Shown here piece after piece: positions 9,749 to 17,165 of a stretch of DNA of 64,000 nucleotides. The stretch is from an uncultured Chloroflexia bacterium (GTDB lineage: Bacteria > Chloroflexota > Anaerolineae > Anaerolineales > UBA4823). The stretch lies in the NCBI GenBank assembly GCA_963828845.1, contig CAWHGE010000007.1, positions 26,021 through 90,020 of the forward strand, read 5' to 3'. The position numbers were made by a program, and so were the translations under genes. The notes below the pieces were generated by a model. It was not told the DNA's origin. It did not search any database and was given only the letters and a program-made list of their open reading frames with translations. Each line of letters begins with the position of its first letter. Within the stretch, counting starts at the first letter, position 1.

Positions 9749-11014
9749 ATGACTGAAAAGACTTACGCCACTATCGATGAAAAGGGTAGGATTATTCTTC
9801 CGCAAAGTATGATCGATCAGTGGGGAATTTCGCAAGGCGGGCGCGTATCGGTAGAATCCGATGGATTTGGTCTTCGACTTCACCCGCCTATTACGAGCTT
9901 AAGACGGGTGTATATTGAAATCACCAACCAGTGTAACTTGAATTGCAGCACCTGCATGCGTAATGTTTGGGATGTGGAATATGGCCGCATGACAAGGGAA
10001 ACCTTCGAACAAATCCTTTCTGGGTTCCAATCCTGCTCTCCAAAACCGAATATATTTATTGGAGGATATGGCGAACCACTCTCTCACCCAGAATGCCTTA
10101 CGATGATCAAGCAGGCTAAATCGCTTGGTGTTCATGTTTCCCTAATCACAAATGGCATCCTGCTAACCGAAGATGTCGCACGAAGTTTAATTGGTACGGG
10201 ATTGGACATGCTATGGGTTTCGCTGGATGGTGCTTCACCAGAATGTTACACGGATGTTCGTCTTGGGAATGCTTTACCAGTCATCCTCGAAAACCTAAAT
10301 CGTTTAAGATCACTACAATATCGGTATTATGGATTTTTCCCCTGGACCATGCTCCCAAAACTAGGAATTGCTTTTGTTGCCATGAGGCGCAATATCCACG
10401 ATTTACCTGAAGTAGTCAGACTGGGAACAAAACTAGGCGCGGTAGAATATTCGATCAGTAATGTCCTGGCGCATAATAGCTCTTTGGGCGAGGAAAGCCT
10501 ATACTCGCGGTCCATGAATTATATTTACGGTCCTTATGCCAACCATTGGAGGCCGTTGGTCCGTTTCCCCATAATCGATATAGATAGAAGTACGGAAAAT
10601 GTGATCATTGAGCTGCTTAGGAACTCCAATCGACTGGAATTGATGGGCAATGAACTGAGAGGAAATGGAGATCAGTGCCCGTTTGTTGAAAGAGGCAGCC
10701 TTTCCATTCGCTGGGATGGAAAGGTTAGCCCCTGTTTACCACTGCTTTATACACACACGTATTTCCTGGACAAACGAGAACGTACATCCCGAGAATATTT
10801 CGTTGGTGATATTCATAAAAACGATTTATACGATATATGGAATAACGCTGATTATCAAACCCTAAGGTTGCACCTTCAGGATTTTGATTTTTCTCCTTGC
10901 ACATCCTGTAATAGTTGTGAAATGGCGGATGGAAATCTTGAGGATTGCTATGGAAACACCCATCCGACTTGTGGTGGCTGTTTATGGGCACAAGGGTTTA
11001 TCCGCTGCCCATGA
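9749..11014 (+). CDS. AbrB/SpoVT-domain - radical SAM - SPASM-domain enzyme
   Basis: ATG 9749 lies 2 nt after the restored upstream stop. The N-terminal swapped-hairpin-like IDEKGRIILPQSMIDQWGISQGGRVSVE is followed by the CNLNCSTC (CX3CX2C) cluster motif. The Cys-rich C-terminus (CPFVERG..PC, CTSCNSCEMADGNLEDCYGNTHPTCGGCLWAQGFIRCP) is typical of SPASM auxiliary clusters. Confidence 0.8.
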   Translation: MTEKTYATIDEKGRIILPQSMIDQWGISQGGRVSVESDGFGLRLHPPITSLRRVYIEITNQCNLNCSTCMRNVWDVEYGRMTRETFEQILSGFQSCSPKPNIFIGGYGEPLSHPECLTMIKQAKSLGVHVSLITNGILLTEDVARSLIGTGLDMLWVSLDGASPECYTDVRLGNALPVILENLNRLRSLQYRYYGFFPWTMLPKLGIAFVAMRRNIHDLPEVVRLGTKLGAVEYSISNVLAHNSSLGEESLYSRSMNYIYGPYANHWRPLVRFPIIDIDRSTENVIIELLRNSNRLELMGNELRGNGDQCPFVERGSLSIRWDGKVSPCLPLLYTHTYFLDKRERTSREYFVGDIHKNDLYDIWNNADYQTLRLHLQDFDFSPCTSCNSCEMADGNLEDCYGNTHPTCGGCLWAQGFIRCP

Positions 11015-11130
11015 AAGAATGGTGTGGAAAAACTCTCTGATTTAAGGTGGCACTTCATTGAACAATCAAAAAGAAAAATCACCCCACACGATTGATGTAT
11101 CAACTACAACGCGCTGCATCTGGGTGACTC

Positions 11131-11307
11131 TTGGAGGCCTCGGAGGTGATTGAGCTCAAGCGCATCGCAATGGATCGGGATGTGGACAGTGCGGTTAGCT
11201 TCTTTTATGATGTGCTGACCCCACGCGTGCGTACCGCAGCCTTGCAGCGGAAGGTTGGGCTGGAAATGCTCGTGGAGAATAAAAATAATGAGCATATATC
11301 TGGATAA
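11131..11307 (+). CDS. small hypothetical ORF (~58 aa), weak paralogue of 12433-12597
   Basis: Below the ORF-track cutoff. TTG 11131 (alternatives GTG 11146, ATG 11170). LEASEVIELKRIAMDRD...ALQRKVG is colinear with the second mini-ORF. It overlaps the desulfurase start by 20 nt. Confidence 0.3.
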   Translation: MEASEVIELKRIAMDRDVDSAVSFFYDVLTPRVRTAALQRKVGLEMLVENKNNEHISG

Positions 11308-12424
11308 CGCGGCCACGAGCTGGCCCAAACCAGAGTTAGTTTATCAAGCTGTTGATAATTTCATGCGCAAAGTCGGTGCTACCCCCGGTCGTGGTGGTCA
11401 CCGGCGGGAGGAAGATGCCGCACACATCGCCGATCAAACACGAGATGCCATAGCTGAACTTTTCCATGCCCCCGACCCTACGGGTGTGGCTTTTACTATG
11501 AATGCTACCCAGGCAATCAATATGGCACTTAAAGGTTTGTTGCGCTCAGGTGATCATGTTATCACCACATCTATTGAGCATAACGCCATGTGGCGTCCAC
11601 TGAAAGCACTGGAACGAGGCGGGGTCGTTATAACAGAGATCACCTGCGCCTCAGATGGTACTCTCCACCCTAAAGATGTTGAGGCAGCAATCCGACCGGC
11701 AACACGGTTAATTGCCATGTTGCACGCCTCGAATGTGTTGGGAACGATCCTTCCTATTGATGCTGTAGGTGCGATAGCCAAGAAGCATGGCATATCCTTC
11801 CTTGTGGATGCGGCGCAAACAGCTGGAGCATATCCAATTGACATGCTAGGAATGAATATCGACCTATTGGCGTTTTCAGGTCATAAGGGACTGTATGGCC
11901 CGCATGGCACGGGTGGCTTGGTTGTCCGCCCTGGCATCAGGCTAGAGACATGGATCGAAGGTGGATCTGGAGTTGAATCAACTCCAGAGACCATGCCGGA
12001 GGCGCTACCACTACGCCTGGAAGCGGGAACACAAAATGCGGCTGGTATTGCTGGATTGATGGCAGGAGTAGCCTTTGTTCAGAAACTAGGGGTTGAGCAT
12101 ATACGCGATCGCGAAATGGCTCTGACCACCTTGCTTATCAATGATCTGAGTAATATGCCAGGCCTGACCATCCTGGGGCCGGTTGACCTGACCCAACGCA
12201 CGGCGGTTGTATCCGTCACCATCGAAGGTTACGTCCCTGACCAACTCGCTGCAGTACTGGATCAGGTTTTCGATATAGCAACGCGTGCTGGGTTGCATTG
12301 CTCACCCCAAGCTCATCGCACGGCAGGGACACTGGAGAGTGGTGCATTGCGCTTCAGTCCAGGCTATTTCACAACGGAGGACGAAATCCACGAAGCAGCT
12401 GAAGCGCTTCGGAGTATCCTATAG
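11288..12424 (+). CDS. class V aminotransferase, cysteine desulfurase/selenocysteine lyase family
   Basis: Starts MSIYLDNAATSWPKP. PLP lysine in FSGHKGLYGP and active-site Cys in RAGLHCSPQAH (SufS/CsdA-like). The ORF-track start 11255 is an upstream extension. Confidence 0.8.
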   Translation: MSIYLDNAATSWPKPELVYQAVDNFMRKVGATPGRGGHRREEDAAHIADQTRDAIAELFHAPDPTGVAFTMNATQAINMALKGLLRSGDHVITTSIEHNAMWRPLKALERGGVVITEITCASDGTLHPKDVEAAIRPATRLIAMLHASNVLGTILPIDAVGAIAKKHGISFLVDAAQTAGAYPIDMLGMNIDLLAFSGHKGLYGPHGTGGLVVRPGIRLETWIEGGSGVESTPETMPEALPLRLEAGTQNAAGIAGLMAGVAFVQKLGVEHIRDREMALTTLLINDLSNMPGLTILGPVDLTQRTAVVSVTIEGYVPDQLAAVLDQVFDIATRAGLHCSPQAHRTAGTLESGALRFSPGYFTTEDEIHEAAEALRSIL

Positions 12425-12432
12425 GAAGAGCT

Positions 12433-12597
12433 ATGGCAAAACAACGCATCGAAAAGACCCTGGTAATCCTTGACGAAGCTGAAGTGCGCCAATTACTACA
12501 AATAGCGCAGCGGAAAGATAGGCTGGAAATCCAACAATATATGATGAAGGTTTTCATCAAAAAAGTCGAGGCAGTACTACGCCGAAAGTGCGGGTAA
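12433..12597 (+). CDS. small hypothetical ORF (54 aa)
   Basis: ATG 12433 lies 8 nt after the desulfurase stop. MAKQRIEKTLVILDEAEVRQLLQIAQRKD...VLRRKCG. Below the ORF-track cutoff. Colinear weak similarity to 11131-11307. Confidence 0.35.
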   Translation: MAKQRIEKTLVILDEAEVRQLLQIAQRKDRLEIQQYMMKVFIKKVEAVLRRKCG

Positions 12598-12598
12598 A

Positions 12599-12790
12599 TG
12601 GCTAAAAGAACAGGAGAAAATCAAAAAATCCTATTCTCATGTTAGCCTTAGCCATCCAACAAAGGCGACCTGTATGGCATTTGCGTGCAAGCTGTTATAA
12701 CAGGAACGGGAGCTGGAGGAATGCACTCCACTGCATGCGGATGTAGGCTGTACTGAACGACGGGCAACCCTGGAAGCGATGTTAGTGTAA
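12599..12790 (+). pseudogene. decayed second copy of the 4Fe-4S-domain C-terminus
   Basis: Reads ...HPTKATCMAFACKLL*QERELEECTPLHADVGCTERRATLEAMLV with an in-frame TAA at 12698-12700. The first two Cys of the cluster motif and any start codon are missing. Confidence 0.45.
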
Positions 12791-12834
12791 GATTTCGCTG
12801 ATCAGGTTTAAATCCATGCTATGATTAAATTGTA

Positions 12835-13296
12835 ATGGGGAGGGGAAATGCCCCATTTCACGGAGATGCATTCATGTGGTACAACACGATCACGGTTTGG
12901 CTGCTGCACTCACCCCTGCATGGAATGTTCAGTGGGAATACGATGGTGTTAGGGTACGCCGGGCGGAAAAGTGGCAAGACTTATCATTTACCAGTCGATT
13001 ATTTTCGGGTGGGTGAAACACTGCTAACCGTCAGTTACAAGAGGCGCATATGGTGGCGCAACCTGCGCGGTGGAGCATCAGTGACCACCTACCTGCAGGG
13101 AAAAGAAGTCAACGGGCATGCGGAAGTGATCGAGGATGAGGTGGGGGTGGTGGATGGATTGAAGGCTATAATCGGGGGAAAAAAGCAAGCAGCACGCATA
13201 TTCGGGGTGAAACTGAGTGCGGATGGTCAGCCCGACCCTGAAACCTTGCGACAAGCGGCGAGTGAGCGTGTTATTGTGCGTACATCTTTGCAATGA
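12835..13296 (+). CDS. DUF385/deazaflavin-dependent nitroreductase-like protein
   Basis: GRKSGKTYHLPVDYF...IWWRNLRGGASV follows the F420H2-dependent reductase (Ddn-like) pattern. The true start may be ATG 12874. Confidence 0.6.
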   Translation: MGRGNAPFHGDAFMWYNTITVWLLHSPLHGMFSGNTMVLGYAGRKSGKTYHLPVDYFRVGETLLTVSYKRRIWWRNLRGGASVTTYLQGKEVNGHAEVIEDEVGVVDGLKAIIGGKKQAARIFGVKLSADGQPDPETLRQAASERVIVRTSLQ

Positions 13297-13787
13297 AAGA
13301 TTCTCCCCGGTTTCCTGTCGTTTTCTGGCGGATAATGAGCAGATTGAACCGGTGGATGCTCTCCAGGTATGGACCAAAGAGCAAGGTAGCTGGCAAGGTG
13401 TTGGTGCTGACAACCATTGGGAGGAAATCTGGTGAACCACGCTCAACCCCATTACAATTTGAGCAGGTGGAGGGTGTGTATTATGTAGCCTCCGCACGCG
13501 GTGTAAAAGCAGATTGGTATCGCAATCTGGTGGCATGCCCAAAGGTAGATGTTCAGATCGGAGACGTGCGTTTCTCTACGCTTGCTGAACTAATGAACGA
13601 TCCCGGTCCGATCGCTGATTTCCTGGAGTTACGTTTGAAAAGACACCCCCTTTTTATGGGTGTCATGTTGAGGCTTGAGGGGTTACCGCGTAAATACACC
13701 CGCACTGAGCTGGAGAAGTTTAGCAAGCGGCTGGCAATTGTGACCCTTCGTAAGGACCCCCAAGAATATCGGAATGTTGAAGGATGA
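13293..13787 (+). CDS. DUF385/deazaflavin-dependent nitroreductase family protein
   Basis: LVLTTIGRKSGEPRSTPLQFEQVEGVYYVASARGVKADWYRNLVACPKV is the canonical family signature. 4-nt overlap with the upstream paralogue. Confidence 0.75.
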   Translation: MKDSPRFPVVFWRIMSRLNRWMLSRYGPKSKVAGKVLVLTTIGRKSGEPRSTPLQFEQVEGVYYVASARGVKADWYRNLVACPKVDVQIGDVRFSTLAELMNDPGPIADFLELRLKRHPLFMGVMLRLEGLPRKYTRTELEKFSKRLAIVTLRKDPQEYRNVEG

Positions 13788-14928
13788 GCCAACGAACACG
13801 GTTTTAAGCTACCAGCCGAAAACCATCCTCAATAAGGGCAAACGCGCAGATCATTGGTTTTGGACGCGATACAGCGCATACCCGTACCTGGGATGCCAGC
13901 ACGGCTGCGCTTTTTGTTATTGCAGAGAGCGAAAATATATCCCTCATAAGCCACAGGAAGCTGATACCGTCTATGATGGAGAAGCGGATGAATTCTCCCA
14001 TCTCATTAAAATCAAGGAAAATGCGTCCCAACTCTTACGTAAAGCACTCGGGCGCGTACCCGTGGATATGGTTTTTACGGGTGATTATCAGGCTGCAGAG
14101 CGTAAATTCAAACTCTCGCGCCAAATGCTGGAAGTGTGTTTGGAGCTTGGCTTTCCGGTCTTCGTGCTCACCCGCTCACCGCTGGTGTTGCGTGATTTAG
14201 ATCTGTTCAAGGCTATCAATCAGCGTTCCAGAGCGGTGGTAGCGTTCAGTATCATATCCACGCCGGATTCACCCGGTTACTTGCATATGTCACAAATGGA
14301 AGGATTAGCTCCTGCTGCCGAGAAGCGCTTCAAAGCCATGGAGGAATTTGCACAGGCGGGCATCCTCACTGGAACTATTGCCATGCCGTTGCTGCCTGGC
14401 TTGTGTGATGACGATCGAAACCTGCAAGCTTTGGCAATATGGACTGCCGGGCACGGAGGAAAGTTCATCCTTGGAGGAGGGCTGACCCTGGCGGACCAGC
14501 AGAAAGAATTCTTCATGGACGTTCTGCGCCAGAATCATCCCGATCTGCTTTCACTCTATACACGCTTGTATCCTGAAGGGAGCTACTCTCAAACCCAACC
14601 ATGGCATAAAGTAGGTTTACGCGTTCGTGAATATTGCCAGCGGGAAAATATCTCAGACCGTATACCGCGCCCGGTGATCCCAGGAGAAAAACGTTATTTG
14701 AATAAACGCATCGTGGAACAGCTGGCAAACACGCTTTATACATTAGAATTGGAAAATGGGAGCCCGAACCGTATTTGGGCTTACCGAAAAGCAGCTTGGG
14801 CAGTTGAAGATCTGGAGCAGGATATTGGATTGGTCTACCGCACGATGGGGGCGAAAGGTTTAGAGAGCCTTCCAAACGTCAGCGCACAAATCGCGAAGGA
14901 AATTGAATCAATTCTGCGTAATGATTGA
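13774..14928 (+). CDS. radical SAM protein, SplB/DNA-photolyase-like, with C-terminal helix-hairpin-helix
   Basis: YLGCQHGCAFCY (CX3CX2C). The C-terminus RIWAYRKAAWAVEDLEQDI...GLESLPNVSAQIAKEIESIL resembles the PolX-type HhH DNA-binding module. It overlaps the upstream gene by 14 nt. Confidence 0.7.
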   Translation: MLKDEPTNTVLSYQPKTILNKGKRADHWFWTRYSAYPYLGCQHGCAFCYCRERKYIPHKPQEADTVYDGEADEFSHLIKIKENASQLLRKALGRVPVDMVFTGDYQAAERKFKLSRQMLEVCLELGFPVFVLTRSPLVLRDLDLFKAINQRSRAVVAFSIISTPDSPGYLHMSQMEGLAPAAEKRFKAMEEFAQAGILTGTIAMPLLPGLCDDDRNLQALAIWTAGHGGKFILGGGLTLADQQKEFFMDVLRQNHPDLLSLYTRLYPEGSYSQTQPWHKVGLRVREYCQRENISDRIPRPVIPGEKRYLNKRIVEQLANTLYTLELENGSPNRIWAYRKAAWAVEDLEQDIGLVYRTMGAKGLESLPNVSAQIAKEIESILRND

Positions 14929-14941
14929 TCAAACCTGGTAA

Positions 14942-15349
14942 TTATGGCAGCTGGTAAAGCTCCACCAATACCCCATGGGTGCTCTTGGGATGGATGAATG
15001 CATAACGCCTGCCATCCTCACCCATTTTTGGCTCTTCGTTAATCAACAGAACCCCTTTGGTTTTTAGTTGCTTCAACAGTCCATGGAGATCATCCACTTC
15101 AAGACACAGATGATGCATACCAGGACCATGCTTCTCAAGGAAGCGATTCAACCCCGAATCGCTGGTGATTGGCTGCACCAACTCGATCTCACTTTCCCCA
15201 AGTGGTAAAAATGCGATGCGAGCTGCTTCGTTTGGCATATTGGAAATTTGCGAAGGCTTAATTCCAAGGATGTCGTGCCAGAACTTCAATGAGGTATCAA
15301 TATCTTCCACCAGCACTGCAATGTGATGAATCCGTTTAATCTCAGGCAT
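14942..15349 (-). CDS. mce: methylmalonyl-CoA epimerase (VOC/glyoxalase fold)
   Basis: 135 aa with IHHIAVLVEDIDTSLKFW...GPGMHHLCLEVDD...AFIHPKSTHGVLVEL. It lies directly downstream of the mutase. Confidence 0.8.
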   Translation of the reverse strand: MPEIKRIHHIAVLVEDIDTSLKFWHDILGIKPSQISNMPNEAARIAFLPLGESEIELVQPITSDSGLNRFLEKHGPGMHHLCLEVDDLHGLLKQLKTKGVLLINEEPKMGEDGRRYAFIHPKSTHGVLVELYQLP

Positions 15350-15379
15350 AGTTACCTCTTCAAATCTGATTGGCTAATC

Positions 15380-17039
15380 TTACACCCAGGCAGGCGAATG
15401 ATATTCTCCGAACACCTGGCGGAGAACTGAGCAGATTTCGCCTAAGGTAACGTCATTCTCTACACATTCAATGAATATAGGCATTAGGTTTTCATCACTT
15501 TTGTTAGCAGCGTTTTCTAGCTGGCTGAGGAGCTGACTCACTTTACCAGCATCACGTTGAATTCGTAAAACTTGTAGATGATTCCGTTGTGATTGCTCAA
15601 TTGCGGGATCAACCTTCAATCGCTCGAGAGTGATTTTTTCATCACTTTGGAAAGTATTGACCCCCACGATCAATTGTTCTCCTTTTTCGATTGCCTGTTG
15701 AGTATGGTAGGCTGCATCCTGGATCTCTCCCTGAATGTAACCCTGCTCGATTGCCTTAAGTGCACCACCTAGCTCATCGACCTTTTGGATGTACTCGAGT
15801 GCACGGTTCTCGATTTCGTCGGTCAGGTATTCAATCAGGTAGGAGCCTGCCAGTGGATCGATGGTATCAGTTATACCGGATTCATGAGCAATGATCTGCT
15901 GAGTACGCAGAGCGACCCGGACGGATTTTTCTGTCGGCAGCCACAAGGCTTCGTCCATACTATTGGTGTGCAAGGATTGTGTCCCCCCGAGCACAGCAGC
16001 CAAAGCTTGTAGCGAAACTCGCACTACATTATTCTCCGGCTGTTGAGCAGTGAGGGTCGAGCCGCCAGTTTGGGTGTGAAAACGAAGCATCATCGAGCTT
16101 TCTTGCCTGGCAGCAAAACGGTCACGCATAATGCGAGCCCATAGTCTGCCGCGCTGCTCGGAATTTTGCTACCTCTTCCAAAAAGTTATTGTGTGCGTTG
16201 AAAAAGAAAGAAAGCTGCCCGGCAAATTCGTCAATATCCAATCCTGCCTGGAGGGCAGCTTGAACATATGCGATGGCATTAGCCAAGGTAAAAGCTAGTT
16301 CCTGGACTGCGGTTGACCCAGCTTCGCGGATATGATAGCCGGAGATGCTTATGGTATTCCAGTGAGGGAGCTCCTTTTGGCAATAACGGAAAACATCAGT
16401 AACCAGGCGCATGGATTGGGTCGGGGGAAAGATATATGTTCCGCGGGCGATATATTCCTTCAAGATGTCATTTTGGATCGTTCCCCTGAGGGCTGTAATT
16501 TTCACACCTTGACGCCTGGCGACGGCAATATACATCGCCAACAGGATGGCTGCTGGTGCATTAATGGTCATGCTGGTGGAGACTTTATCGAGCGGGATCT
16601 GATGGAACAGCGTTTCCATATCATCCAGGGATGAAATCGAAACACCCACTTTGCCCACTTCACCCTGAGACATGGGATCATCGGCATCGAAACCGATCTG
16701 GGTGGGCAGGTCAAACGCCACCGAGAGGCCGGTTTGTCCTTGTTCAAGCAGGTAGCGATAACGGCGGTTTGACTCTTCAGACGTGGCATAACCAGCATAC
16801 TGGCGCATAGTCCAAAAGCGCCCACGGTACATGGTGGGTTGGACGCCGCGAGTATAAGGATATTCTCCTGGAAAACCGAGTTGATCCATATAATCTGGAT
16901 CCGGGTCTGGGGGAGTTAGCAGGGGGGGTAGTGGAATGCCTGAAGGCGTCTGAAATTCGGGCTTGCGTTCATGTAAATGATGATCATGCGAATGCGATGT
17001 ACGTTCTTCCCAGCGCTTTCTTTCATTTTCCAAGGTCAT
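15380..17039 (-). pseudogene. methylmalonyl-CoA mutase catalytic (N-terminal) subunit, one frame break
   Basis: The two ORFs (16122-17039, 15380-16129) are colinear: [32 protein letters not shown], then (shift near 16138-16151) [33 protein letters not shown]. No B12-binding domain is present. Confidence 0.85.
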
Positions 17040-17165
17040 AACGGCCTCACTTTACTGGAGCCATCTAAAAATCAAGATTTCATCAAGAGTATACCTTATG
17101 TTGCTCTGTTCTGGATTTTTGCCCGGTACTTTAGTCGCCGTCAGGTATGTGGTAAACTCACAGGC

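Noticed and set aside
9212-11014. A single 600-aa multidomain radical SAM protein, as listed in the ORF track.
   Set aside because: A 1-nt shift restores the canonical Fe-S motif spacing and a stop 2 nt before an ATG. An independent copy of the shifted C-terminal peptide exists at 12700-12790.
11104-11328. A 74-aa minus-strand ORF between the radical SAM and desulfurase genes.
   Set aside because: It is antisense to an otherwise uniformly plus-strand operon and overlaps the desulfurase start. The plus-strand mini-ORF has a paralogue at 12433. Neither is proven.
12698-12700. The in-frame stop in the second Fe-S domain copy as a recoded codon.
   Set aside because: It is TAA, not TGA or TAG. 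The copy also lacks a start codon and the first two cluster cysteines, which is consistent with a decayed remnant.
16977-17165. The N-terminal 63-aa extension of the DUF1786-like ORF.
   Set aside because: The extension is antisense to the 5' end of the mutase gene and has no coding character. MKILTVDIGTGTQD at 17166 is the family-typical start.
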